From Octopus bimaculoides (lineage: Eukaryota): a DNA stretch of 35,699 nucleotides. The notes under the pieces are model-generated. The model worked only from the letters and a program-made list of their open reading frames with translations. It was not told the origin of the DNA and ran no database searches. Below, one piece after another: positions 10,310 through 21,848 of this stretch. Position numbers and translations under genes: made by a program. Position 1 is the first letter of the stretch. Each line of letters starts with the position of its first letter. The stretch spans positions 87,194,738 to 87,230,436 of the forward strand of contig NC_068982.1 of NCBI RefSeq assembly GCF_001194135.2. Direction: 5' to 3'.

Positions 10310-10700
10310 CAAGGAATACTGGTGGAATATTCTCATCAAAACATCTGTCAAGTGTAAGCATAACATGCCGGGTATTGTCGTATGGGACAGACAAGAAAAA
10401 GTATGTACCGTCATTGAGGCCAGCTGTCCTGCTGATGTGAACATCTCTTTGAAAATCAAAGAGAAAGAAGATAACTATGGACAACTGCTTCGAAATCTCC
10501 AGCTTCTATATCCGGATTAGAAATTTACATTTGTACCAATAATAATTGGAGCACTTAGTTTTGTAAGTAAATGCCTGTCAGTCTGGATAAGCTTGGATTT
10601 CAGAAAAAGAAATCAACCAACTGACTCGCACATTACAAAGACAACAATCTGTTAGCAGAACAGCAAAACTATGCAAGACTTTTCTCAGGTTTAAACTGTG
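10310..10700 (+). mobile_element. 3' fragment of an R4/Dong-like RLE non-LTR retrotransposon (endonuclease domain)
   Basis: 'KCKHNMPGIVVWD..KVCTVIEASCPADVN...KEKEDNY..L...FVPIIIGAL...TAKLCKTFLRF' matches the PD-(D/E)xK RLE layout, with the catalytic D decayed to G. Confidence 0.75.
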
Positions 10701-10864
10701 ACATTGTTTTCATTATCTATCTCCGACATGCAGATCATTCATCACTTTTTGACAGGACAAAGAAAACCTGTTTTCGCGCCTGTTGATCGTGGTGGTTTGA
10801 ACGACCGAGAATTCTTAGATTCGGTTTCGAATCTAGGCTTGGAAAAGGAAGTGTTAATTTTTAC

Positions 10865-12283
10865 AAGCTCTGATACCCATACATGGTTGATGATATGAGT
10901 GAGTCACTGGATCATGTTTTCTCTGTCCGTCTTCAATATCTCCGCTGTGATGGTGCAAATTTCAGGGTCTTTGCGGTTGTTGAGCTTCTTCAGAGGGACA
11001 CTAATTTCATCAGGGATGACAGGATCGAGTCTCAAGTGTCGTTGGTTGTAGCTGTGTCTACAGTGTTGGTTATCGAGTGGAACAAATGGGTGATGAAGAA
11101 GACGGCTGAAGTGCTGCTTCCAGCGTTCAAGGTGGGCAGTTTTCATGGTGATGACGTTGCCACTGGTATTCTTCACCAGGGCTGTCTTAAACTGGGAACT
11201 GGCTGATGCCAGGGTGCTGAAGCGATTGGTGAGAGAGCACGCGAATGTTGAGGTGATGTGGGGATCACAGAGACAGGATGAGTCAGGGTGGGGCTGGTAC
11301 TCGGTGGCGGGGTCTGCTCGCAACTTCAGCGTGACTGTCGCAGCCAGCAATTAAGTTCCTCTGTAGATCCAGCAGTCAGTGACAGGTGACCTCCAGCTGC
11401 GAGAGATGATGATGTGGTTGATTGCCTTCCTGGTGTAGCCGTCCGGACTGTACCAAATCCAGTGACGGATAAATTTGCAAGGAAAACAATTTCTGGCGAT
11501 AAAGAGATTGTTGTAGCAGCATAGAAGTAGGTAATTACCATTGCCATTAGGGAATGGGTCGATAAAGATTGTGCCAGTGGGTTGAATCCAGAGTGGGTCA
11601 GCTGAAGGGAACCCGACGGAAGAAGAGATGGTAGCATTGGCGTCTGTCAGGATGATCGTGATGTCGTGGGATGGGGTTTGTTCTAAAACTTGTTGGAGCT
11701 AGTCGTAGTAGACATCCTTGACAGTGTTCTCTGCAACATCTGTAGGGACATAGGCAACGATGATAGTCATCTTCCCGTACCGATAGAGAAAACAGGCGGA
11801 CAATAAACGGTCACTCACCGGGTTCCAGTCAATGAGTGACTTGTGGACGCGCTTGGGCATGGCCAGTGTCACGTCGCAGAGGCCAATCCAGTCCTCGGAG
11901 CCGTTCCAGATGAAGCAATGGTCACTTGCGATGAATTCACCACAACTAGGCCAGAGTGTCTCACAGAGTCCTGCCAGGGTGATGTAGCAGGATAGCTCTC
12001 GGGAGGGACAGCAGAGTGATTGCCCTGGGGCAAAGGAGTGTACATTTCATATAGCAACACAAATTTTGTAGCGTAAGCTGATTTCTCGTTGATCGGAGGC
12101 ATACAGGGACCCGTTCCGATGCTTGGCAGTCTAGTTTCTTCTGATAAGTGTTGTAACAGGTTAAGGGCTCTTCTGGGCGGGTGTGGGTCCTCCGCAAAAT
12201 AGTCGGATGATGAGTCTGCCATCTTGGCGACGAGCCGACGTGCCGTGGGTCACCGTTAGTTTGGAACCTCCCAGGTCTCTACA
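10865..12283 (-). mobile_element. RTE-clade LINE, 5' portion (5'UTR, APE endonuclease, linker, start of RT), degenerate
   Basis: 'LAGLCETLWP..GE...CFIWNG...LIDWNPVSDRLLS...MTIIVAYVPT...ITIILTDANA'; 'RWKQHFSRLL...EISVPLKKLNNRK.PEIC.ITAEILK...MIQ*LTHIINHVWVSE'. Confidence 0.85.
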
Positions 12284-12639
12284 TTGAAATTATTTAAAAA
12301 AATTTGCGCAAAAGTCTACAATTATACCACTTATTTTTATAAACCCTCTCATCTTCCAGAGCGTTTAAATTTAAAGAACGCTCTGGAAAATGCTAAAACA
12401 TATCCCTTTTCACGCAGTATAATACAGAAGAATGATGTTTTATTTTTTATAATTTTTATAAGAGTTTAATTTATGAGAAAGTTGTTGAAAATATCAGTTT
12501 TGTGTAATGTTATTTGAAAGTTAATTTGTTGAAATAAGGAAATACTTCTGTTTTATTGGAGGCATTTTTTAAAATAAGGGACTAAAATTACTTTCACCGC
12601 TTAATCTTAGCTACGTTTTTTTTTATTAAATCTCATCGG

Positions 12640-12856
12640 ATGGAAGAAGAAGTAACAACTGTATTTTTATTATATACACTGTTATATTGCTTTTTTGCAA
12701 TTTGTGTTATCGCACCACCATCTGAATTAGTTTCAGCAGGATTCTCTATCCAGAATGTGTTTTCAAACTATTTAGGCAGCCAAGATCTTCACTTTATAAT
12801 CTACCATCAACGTAGGACATCGATAACATTGGTCATTCATTCTATCTTACCACTTG
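12640..12856 (+). CDS. TMEM129: E3 ubiquitin-protein ligase TM129, exon 1 (phase-1 end)
   Basis: MEEEVTTVFLLY...APPSELVSAGFSIQNVFSNYLGSQDLHFIIYHQRRTSITLVIHSILPL G|GTAAG; recognisable TMEM129 N-terminus. Confidence 0.93.
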
Positions 12857-13574
12857 GTAAGATATTTCGATTCCTTTTATTTTGTTTTCAGAGCTAATTT
12901 CCATTCGCATACATAATCATGAAATATTTTTGCAGTTGCATTTGGTGTAGTCCAGTATTGCCGTGAAGTTTCGGGTTGCCCTTAAGTTTTTATTTATTTT
13001 ACAGTAAATATAAACACACAGAACCAAGTACACACTCAAAAAATAAGGAAATTAAAGTCAGTTTAATTTTATCTGTAGAGGATAATGGTAAAGAGAAAAT
13101 GAATGTGTACAGAGTATAATAAACGGACGTGTCTTCCCGAAAAATTTATAATTTTCATCAGGAAAAGAATTAATATATAATAATAAGTTTTGCAATTATT
13201 TTTCTATTATCATTTTTGTCCATGTAGCAAATTACTGTTGAAAAACTAAACTTTAGTGCGAAGAATTGTTGATCTTTTTATGTACATAAAACATTCTTTA
13301 TTCGTATCCTATCAGTTATTCGAAGCAGTATACTAAACATTTCCTATGCCTTATTCTTTCTTTAAATGACTGTTGATGATACAGACACCACAAATTTCCT
13401 TGAATTCTAGTGATTAATCTTTGATCATTTATTGGGCAGCAAAGCAGATAAGATAAGCACAAATACGATTCTAAATAACCCAGTTTACAGGAAATTGACA
13501 AGTTGTTCAATGATTTGCAATGCTGAAATCGTGTTTATTTCACTTGAACAAAAGCTTGTTACCATAAACGGTAT

Positions 13575-13660
13575 TGTTGTTGATTAGCCCAGATCGAGTA
13601 GAGTTATGATGAAAAGAATTCCAACCGTGACCATCCCGTCTTTTTCAGACACAGTCTATC
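13575..13660 (+). mobile_element. short interspersed repeat fragment (related pieces at ~3950-3990, 20035-20175, 32525-32560)
   Basis: 'gatcgagtagagttatgatgaaaagaattccaaccgtgaccatcccgtctttt' resembles 20040-20100; 'gggagatttggct..tttcta' recurs at 3957, 20142 and 32535. Confidence 0.45.
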
Positions 13661-13948
13661 AACAACTATATTATGCAGTGTGTTCTACCGTTTTTTTTTT
13701 TTTAATAGTAAGAATCTAATTTGAAGACTATTTGGTTGCTACTTCTAGCTGATCATGCGACCACCTGGAGACTCTTTCTTTGGCATTGTGTGAGATATTT
13801 AGAAATAACTACTAAATTCTGATGTTATGTCGAAGATTCTTTTAGTTTGTTGTTCAAGGAAACAAAAAGGAAATATTGTTGTCTATCTCATGAATTCTTT
13901 AGACATTTGTAATATATAAAGCTGCCATTTTTCTAACAATCTTTTCAG

Positions 13949-14423
13949 GATATTATGTTGGGCTGAGCTGTTTGGTGGATAGCCGTCTTCATTTTGACTT
14001 GGACGATTTAACGTCAGGATGGATGATATATTTGATTCTGGCCACTAGCTTCCCAATTGCTACTCTTACCCTATTTTACTACTGGTCATTAAATAACTGG
14101 GATCAACACCCTGTAGCTAAACAGTTGCAACTGTTAACAGAAAATGGTTCATCTTGGCATGATATTGCTTCCTCCATTAATGTGGAATTTCGGAGACCAG
14201 ATAAATTTACATCAGGTTCAATGGCACGTCGAGTAATTGTAACTGATTCTTGGGTTATGAAAACTTCTACATACCATGTGTATATCGCTCATCAAAATGA
14301 TATTCATCTTAGCCTTGCTAGCAGTGAAGAACATCAAATGTCTTATGAATCAATGTCTATTGTTCAGTACCTTAACATTAACATTATACCCAACAATGCA
14401 GCTATTAAACCCTTTACTATCAG
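13949..14423 (+). CDS. TMEM129: TMEM129 exon 2 (475 nt, phase 1 to phase 2)
   Basis: TTTTCAG|GA acceptor; GYYVG...WDQHPVAKQL...INVEFRRPDKF...VIVTDSWVMKTSTYHVYIAHQNDIHL...FTIR; AG|GTAAG donor. Confidence 0.95.
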
Positions 14424-14504
14424 GTAAGACATACAAATGACCTTTTTATCTAAATTTGCTGTTATTTTTTAAATATTTTCTTTGAAAACTTAATTTTAAG
14501 TGCA

Positions 14505-14635
14505 TTCCCAACAACATGGTTTTGGGTTTAGTTCTGCTATTTGGCACATTGGGCAAGTGTATTCTAGTTTAGTCTCAGGATGACTAAAGCTGGTTAGTAG
14601 ATTAGGTAGATAGAAATTGAAAGAAGCTTGTCTCA
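14505..14635 (+). mobile_element. old CORE-type SINE fragment
   Basis: B-box-like 'gggtttagttc', CORE-like 'ttgggcaagtgt', tail 'gatagaaattgaaagaagc'. Confidence 0.55.
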
Positions 14636-14984
14636 TACACAGTATATGGTACATGCATAACAATTAAAACCATGAAGATGAGGTAAAAGAGAAACAGTAT
14701 ATTAGGTTTATGCTCATTAAAAATTAAGAGTCTTTTATGTTTCAAGTATATGCTCTTCTATAGAAACAATGGACAAGGAGAGAAAGAAATGGAGGGAGAA
14801 AAGAACAAATATGTCTTACTTAGACAATTACCACATGCTGAAATGACTGGAAGAGGAAGAGCGTCAGAGGCATGAGTGGCAAGGGAGACACTTGTGAAGT
14901 TGACTTGAGGCATAGGTGGCAAGGGAGACAATGGTAAGATAAATATACATATGTGTGTGTTTATTTATTATATTTGTGCTGGTC

Positions 14985-15180
14985 TGAAAATCGCTAAGCA
15001 ACAAGCAGTGTTGTCATTTCCCTTGTCATCAGATCATCTGGAAAACACGTGAAATATGAGATTCCTTGCTTGAAACAAGTAAGGGTTTGCAGAAGAAAGG
15101 GCATCTGCTTCTAAAACAACATTGCAATTATATATTTGTCTCACCCGTGTAAGCATGGAAAACAAATGCAACAAAAAATG
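14985..15180 (+). mobile_element. old SINE/RTE-tail fragment
   Basis: 'ttgcttgaaacaagtaaggg...aagggcatc...agcatggaaaa', inverse-related to 29953-30180. Confidence 0.5.
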
Positions 15181-15303
15181 AACTTATATATTTTTATATC
15201 ATTCTTTTAATGCTTCCATGGAAGATTGGAAACAATGACACTTTACAGTGACACTCTCACTATCATATAATGTCAAAATAAAGAGTTGGTAACACACACC
15301 CTT

Positions 15304-15341
<38 letters not shown>

Positions 15342-15345
<4 letters not shown>

Positions 15346-16823
15346 AGACAAAACACAAACCCCTTCAGGTAGATGGCCCTGCTCGATCTGTAGAAAAGGC
15401 GTAGGTAGAAACTCCATAAGATGTACCCAGTGTAAGCTATGGACACATAAGAGGTGCAGCAATATCAAAGGAAGGCTAATTAGCAAGATAGTTTTTGTAT
15501 GTGGCAGATGCTCAGAAACAATAAACACTGAAACTGTGCAGAAAACAACCTTTGCCACATTCCAGGGAGAAAAACTAGAAGTAGTTGATAGCTTCTGCTA
15601 TCTAGGTGACCAAGTTAGTAGTGGGGGAAGGTGCGCTGAAAGTGTAACTGCTAGAATAAGAATAACCTGGGCAAAGTTTAGAGAGCTCTTACCTCTGCTG
15701 GTTATACCGACTTGGTGCTCGTCGCTCTAAAGCATGGCAGTGAAACATGGGCCGTGACTGTTGAGGACATGCGTAAGCTCATAAGAAATGAAGCCAGTAT
15801 GCTCCGATGGATGTGTAATGTCAGTGTGCATACTCAACAGAGTGTAAGTACCTTGAGAGAAAAGTTAGACCTAAGAAGTATCAGTTGTGGTGTGCAAGAG
15901 AGACGATTGCGTTGGTATGGACATGTGGCAAGAATGGATGAGGATAGCTGTGTGAAAAAGTGCCACACCCTAGCAGTTGAGGGAACCTGTGGAAGAGGTA
16001 GACCCAGGAAGACATGGGATTAGGTGGTGAAGCACGACCTTCGAACAATAGGCCTCACCGAGGCAATGACTAGTGACCGGGACCTTTGAAAATATGCAGT
16101 ATGTGAGAAGACATGGTAAGCCAAGTGAGAGCATAATCTGTGGCCTCTGCCAGAAGTGAAGCCAGCTCACTTATTTGCATCTACTTCATTGGACACTAAA
16201 CTCTGCTTGCGAAGACCTGTTGAGGCAAGTGAATTTGAAATCGAAATCAAACCAAATTCGATGACTGGCACCCACGTCAACCTCTCCTTCATTGGACACT
16301 AAACTCTGCTTGTGAAGACCTGTTGGGGCAAGTGAAATCGAAATCGTAATTGAACCATATTTAATGACTGGCACCTGTGCCAGTGGAGCACTAACAGCAC
16401 TATCCAAGCGTGATCATTGCCAGAGCAGCTGTCTGGCTTCTGTGCCAGTAGCACGTAAATAGCACCATTTGAGCGTGATCGTTACCACCGTCATCTTACT
16501 GGAACTTGTACTGATGGCACGTTAGGAAATCATTCGAGCGAGGTCGTTGCCAGTGCTGCTGGACTTGGCCCCTGTGTAGGTGGTACGTAAAAAACACCAT
16601 TTTGAGCGTGGCCGTTGCCAGTACCATGTGACTGGCCCTCGTGCTGGTGGCACGTAAAAGCACACACAACACTCTCGGAGTGGTTGGCGTTAGGAAGGGT
16701 ATCCAGCTGTAGAAACTCTGCCAGATCAGATTGGAGCCTGGTGCAGCCATCCGGTTCACCAGTCGTAGGTTAAATCGTCCAACCCATGCTAGCATGGAAA
16801 GCGGACGATAAACGATGATGATG
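15342..16823 (+). mobile_element. RTE-clade LINE 3' portion (PHD-like finger, RT C-terminus, repeat-rich 3'UTR, GAT tail)
   Basis: 'CSICRKGVGRNSIRCTQCKLWTHKRC...CGRC'; 'LEVVDSFCYLG'; 'HGSETW...RLRWYGHVARM...GRGRPRKTW'; tail 'catgctagcatggaaagcggacgataaacgatgatgatg'. Confidence 0.9.
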
Positions 16824-16842
16824 AGGAGGAGGATATATATAA

Positions 16843-16990
16843 TAGGCTTCTTTCAGTTTTCATCTACCAAATCTACTCACAAGACTTTAGTCACCCCAGG
16901 GTGATAATAGAAGACACTTGTCCAACATACCACATAGTGAGGTTGAATCCATAGCTGTGTGGCTTGGAAGAAAACTTCTTACCACATAGT
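16843..16990 (-). mobile_element. CORE-type tRNA-derived SINE
   Basis: Reverse complement of the head, CORE and 'ggtagatgaaaactgaaagaagcc' seen at 23918-24075. Confidence 0.75.
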
Positions 16991-17754
16991 AACACTGATA
17001 CCTATATGTGTGTATGTCTGTGAACAGTTAAACATCTAAATATACATGAAACAATATAATCTATATGTAAAGATATCAAAATAGATATCTGTAGGAGACA
17101 CTAAACCTTTGAGGTCTCATTTTCTTTGATACCAGTGCAATCATCAGTTGTGGAAAGAGGTCTTACCCTCATAGATATCTATAGCGATGATCAAATAGAG
17201 TTCAAGAAAATATATTACTAGACTGAAAATAAAACATGGGTCAATATGATGGATTAAACCTTTGAAGGGCTCCCACTGTCCAATGACAGAAACCAGTGAA
17301 TGAATTATGTTGTTTCCTCTATATTGAGATGCTTAACTTCATGTCTTAATTAGCCCTCTCACAAGATATGTAGCATTATCGTGACTTTAATGTTCATATA
17401 TATATATACACCAAAAAATGAGAATTAGTCCTCAGATGGCTTGTTTGACCACATTGCTAGCCTAATTTTCGACTACTTTATATTGAAGCTAAATGCTCTG
17501 TTATTGGGAAAGCAAACTGAGTATTGTCTCTTTGGAGTGGACTACAAACTGAAAATATGTCTGGAGACTCCCTTCTTTTCATGCACATCGTTAGCATAGA
17601 TCGAATACATTTATATTCTATTTCATCCAGTGAGGTTTTGTTATGTGTGTGTGTGTGTGTGTGTGTGTTAGATGAAGAAGTGGTGATGATTGAAAATTCT
17701 GTACATAATAATTATAAGCTTATAAGCTTATGATTATTATTATTTACAGAATAT

Positions 17755-17905
17755 AAGGATTGGCTTTGTGGTTAAGAAGTTCCCTTTGCAACCATGTGGT
17801 TTTGGGTTCAGTCCCACTGCCCAGTAACTTGGGCAAGTGTCTTCTACTATAGCCTTAAGCCAACCAATGCTTTGTGAGAGAGGCTATGTTTAGTTGGTAG
17901 GTTTG
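17755..17905 (+). mobile_element. CORE-type tRNA-derived SINE (partial)
   Basis: A-box-like 'tggctttgtgg', B-box-like 'gggttcagtccc', CORE-like 'ttgggcaagtgtcttctactatagcc'. Confidence 0.75.
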
Positions 17906-18195
17906 TCTGGGGCATACAAACTCTTAGAAATAGCAACAGAAAAGAGTTGATTGGCATGTAGAGCTTATTATTAAAATAATGTTTACCTTCACAATAGTTT
18001 GCAAAGTTCATGTCTCTTCTGCAAATTTTCATTCAGAGTTATTGTTGTCCTTATCGTCCCTAGTGAGAATTTTCGACTCTTGTTTATCTACATTACATTG
18101 CTCTTTAAAAACAGCAGAATTGTATAGTTTCTGAGAGACTAATGGAATAAATGAATTATTTATAACAATTTTTTTTTAAATTTTCTTTTTTTTAG

Positions 18196-18355
18196 ATTAA
18201 ATTCTTTAGAATATGGTGAGTTGAGAGGGAAGTTAAGAGCTCCTCTCCTGAATGCCCGCAATATCATTATTCATCAGTCATTGAGTGATCAGTTCCTTGT
18301 TGCTTTTCAAAATGAAGTAGAAAAAAATCCTGTGTATGTTTTGTCTCCAGAAACA
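18196..18355 (+). CDS. TMEM129: TMEM129 exon 3 (160 nt, phase 2 to phase 0)
   Basis: Poly-T...TTTAG|A acceptor; RLNSLEYGELRGKLRAPLLNARNIIIHQSLSDQFLVAF...SPET; |GTAAG donor; phases join exons 2 and 4. Missing from the ORF track. Confidence 0.93.
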
Positions 18356-18519
18356 GTAAGTTTTGTTTAAGTGAACTGTCTACTTTAAACCTATCTACTT
18401 ACTCATATATGCACATAAGCCATAGGGCATATGCTAAATACATACTTATTTTCAGATTTTCAAGCAACAATGTTGGGGCCAATTTAATTAATGCCTGATA
18501 ATTTATGAAGTATTATATT

Positions 18520-18642
18520 TCACAATTTGCTTTGAAACGGGTCAGCATAGGCAACTGAATGGCATCCACTGTAGAAAATTTGTCTGTCTGAATCACTGAA
18601 GCATAGAAAAGTGGACATTAAATGGTGATGATGATGATGATT
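18520..18642 (+). mobile_element. RTE-type 3' tail fragment
   Basis: 'ggcatccactgtagaaaat...agcatagaaaagtggacattaaatggtgatgatgatg'. Confidence 0.6.
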
Positions 18643-19149
18643 GTCCCTATCAATAAATGTTACACATTAATCTGTAAAAACCTAAGAACACAATGACCCC
18701 AAGCAATTGTTGTGATATGTAGTTAAAGACTAGACTGTAGATATGATGGTTTGGTGAAAGCTGTGTGTGTAATGCATATCATTTTCTGGCAAAAATCAGT
18801 TTTACTGCATTTAATAATGACTACTCTGATAAATCAGTTTTGCTACGAAATAGTTGAAATTCAATTGCAAAGAGTGAAATTATTACTGGGAGTACAACAA
18901 AATTGGAAATTAATTTTCACCATTTAAAATCACATTGTTGCTGTGCAGCATTTCTAAGACTCATCAGCCCAGTCCACAGTGAATATTATTTGTGTAATTA
19001 GAATAAGATAAGTATATTCCTTTGCAGTATGCATCTGTATTGTGAAAGTTTCAAATATGAATATGAGTAGTATACACCATGTTCTAAAATTTGCCAAAGC
19101 TAGAATGATTATGTAGATTATCACTGTATCAACCAGACTATCAAATGTT

Positions 19150-19985
19150 ACACATCACTGATCACAATATACTTCCAATTCTTTTTTGACTGTGCTATCC
19201 TTTTCCACCTTGTCTCAAATTGCTTAACTAAATCATCTTCCTATTGTCATGGAGGTCTTCCAAGTATCCTTTTCTGACCTCTTCGATACCACTCGGCAAC
19301 TGCATGGGTCCACTTATCTGTGAATCTTGCGTTGTGTCCTTCCCAGAGGAACTTGTACTTTCAGTATTCTGTGATTACATCATCCACTCTGCTCTGTTCT
19401 CAAATTCTCTCATTTCAAATATTTTGTAAAAATATTCCATGATGATTTTGTTGCTTCCCACCTTTATTTGGCCTTGTGCTACTTCTTGGATCACATGCAG
19501 TCTGTTTCCATGCAGTTCATTTTAAAACTTACTACATGAGTGTTCAGCTCTGTCAGCATGGTCTACAGCAGATCTCTGGTGGTTTTAGTGATGAGTACAT
19601 GTCATCTGCCAATTGGGGGTGAGTTAGTAGCTCACTGTTGATGTTCACACCATCTGTCTAGTCAGTGTCCCTGATGAGCATTCCTAGGCATGCAGTGAAG
19701 AACTTTGGGGAGATGGTATTTTCTTTGATGCCCTTCCCAATTGGAACTTTTGCTGGTGGCGATAGCCGAGCTATATCTGTTGTGCATTCAGATTTTTATC
19801 TCGGAACAGTTTGATATATTGCACCTTGACACCTTGCATTTCCAAAGATTTCCGTACCACATTCATCTCGACACTATCAAAGGCCTATTCTTAGTAAACA
19901 AAAGCAATGCATAGAAGCATCTTGTATTCATTTGCTCATTCTGTAAGCTGTGAATATATGCTCCACCATACTGTAGTTCTTACAG
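19150..19985 (-). mobile_element. degenerate RTE-1-type reverse transcriptase fragment
   Basis: 'QLTE*ANEYKMLLCIAFVY*E*AFDSVEMN', '..TISPKFFTACL', 'GVNINSELLTHPQLADD' on the minus strand. Confidence 0.8.
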
Positions 19986-21848
19986 AAACCTACTTGCAAA
20001 ATATTACCTATATCTTACCTGTGTTGTTGTTTAACCCCGAGTCAGTTCTGGTTGAGTGAGCCTATGATCAAAGGAGTTCCCACCATGTTTTCTTCTGTAT
20101 CAAAACATACATTCCAATTTTAAATAGTACAATGTGATTTGAGGGAAATTTCATTGCTATTTCTGATATGTTGAGCAACTTAATAGAAAATCTTTGAAGG
20201 GGATAATAGTTTTAAAATATATAAAATATTTTATCATGAATTAACTGGTATAAATTATGTTGTCCCAGCATTGTTGCTTAAAACCAACTTAGTTGTATAG
20301 AAACCTAACATACTCATGCAGATACTTTTACATGCTTGCAAAAACATACGCTTGAGAAATGCAGTTGTAAAATTGAAACTTATTTCAATGTATGTATTCC
20401 TTATTGCATTATTTCTGGGTAAAGATAACATATCCAGTTTGTATTTCCTTTTGGAATTGCAGTCTTAATGAAAGCATGAAAACTACTTTACTCCATTTCT
20501 CTTCGTCTATAAGTCTGTGATTTCATACATGTTAAAAATCATTATTGCCAGACCTATGATGTTGTGCAGAATGTTTTAGTGAATCATATTTGCTGCATCT
20601 CTGCTCAGTTGCCAGTTCTTCATTCAAATATGCTCAGTGCCAGTAAAATGCCATTACCTCAAAGTTTTTCTTTAAAATGTGACACATATCAGCAAAGAAG
20701 CTTTATTGTACCAGTTGAGCTGCTCAATCTAACAATAAAATCTCTTTCAACAGTGCCAGTCTTTGCAGTTTTAAAATGATGTCCATGTTTTAAGTTGTAA
20801 ATTTTGGAGTATCATAGAAACATTAAAGATAGACTTACTATAATCAGTGTTTTACACTGATTGTCACAGCCAATATTTGAGACAAGGCACTAAATCTGTG
20901 AAATATCTGTAAACATTAAATGAGCAGCTACTTGGACAGATTTGAATTAGGCTACACAATAACTCAAACACAATCTCTACAAATAAATAGAAAAGATTTT
21001 TTAACTATTTCAAGTATCAGTAGAAGAACACAAATACTAAAATGCAAAGTTTAAATTGTAAAAACAAAAGTTCATTTCTATACAATGTAATGCTCCCTAA
21101 TTCTATGCAGCATTATAGACTTCAGTTTCATACCGTGATTTGAAAAACGGTTACACAAAGAAGTTTCCTGTGATATTTTCCATTATCATTAGGGAATTTT
21201 GGCTCAAGTTTTCAGTCTAATAAAGGAAGTAAGAAGAAAAAAAAGACCCAACTATCTCAAAAAGGAACTAGAAGTCTTTTCTGCAAAATATTTTTTAAAC
21301 TGAAAATAGCATGATTATATATTGTGCAATTAAGCAATATTCTAAGATCACATTAACATTATTAAACAGAACAAGCAGTAACTACATATGAATACTTTCT
21401 CTTCCTGCTGCTACTGTTATTCTGAGATTCTTAGATTACATCATAGCAAAAATCCCCCATCTTCTGGTAAATTTTTAACATATATAAAAGCAGGCAAAAT
21501 AAAGCTATAAGATGACCTGTTCACCAAGTGATAATCAAGTGATATTTTAAAAAAGAACAATCGATTTTATAGAGAATGTGAATAAGCAAATGGATTTTCT
21601 AAGTGCAACAATATCAAAGCAATCCTATTTTCAAGTTCTTATCTTAATTTATAGTCCTGAGCCTGGTGCAAAAAGCCAGCAGGGAGCAGGCATGGTCATT
21701 TAAACCATTTTCAGGATGATCATTTAGATAAGATCTCAGACTTTCAGATAGGAAGACATAAACTGTCACCATACTCAATACTCACATATAAATATAAACC
21801 TATACATATATGCATATATGTATGAACACATATATATATACGCTATAC

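Noticed and set aside
10810-10836. Small hairpin tagattcg-gttt-cgaatcta
   Set aside because: 8-bp stem at a TE junction; no terminator meaning in a eukaryotic context and too short to interpret.
6900-12640. Search for UPRE (TGACGTGG) or ERSE (CCAAT-N9-CCACG) motifs to support ER-stress co-regulation
   Set aside because: No full consensus found by eye; only partial ACGT cores inside TE sequence.
16180-16700. Recurrent 20-60-nt motifs (gtggcacgtaaa.., cttcattggacactaaactctgcttg..) with variable spacers, superficially CRISPR-like
   Set aside because: They are internal repeats of the RTE 3'UTR, present in each family copy; the spacers are mutually related and there are no cas genes.
20180-21840. 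Apparently unique AT-rich intron segment examined for hidden exons or nested genes
   Set aside because: Only short ORFs without recognisable motifs; nothing supportable.
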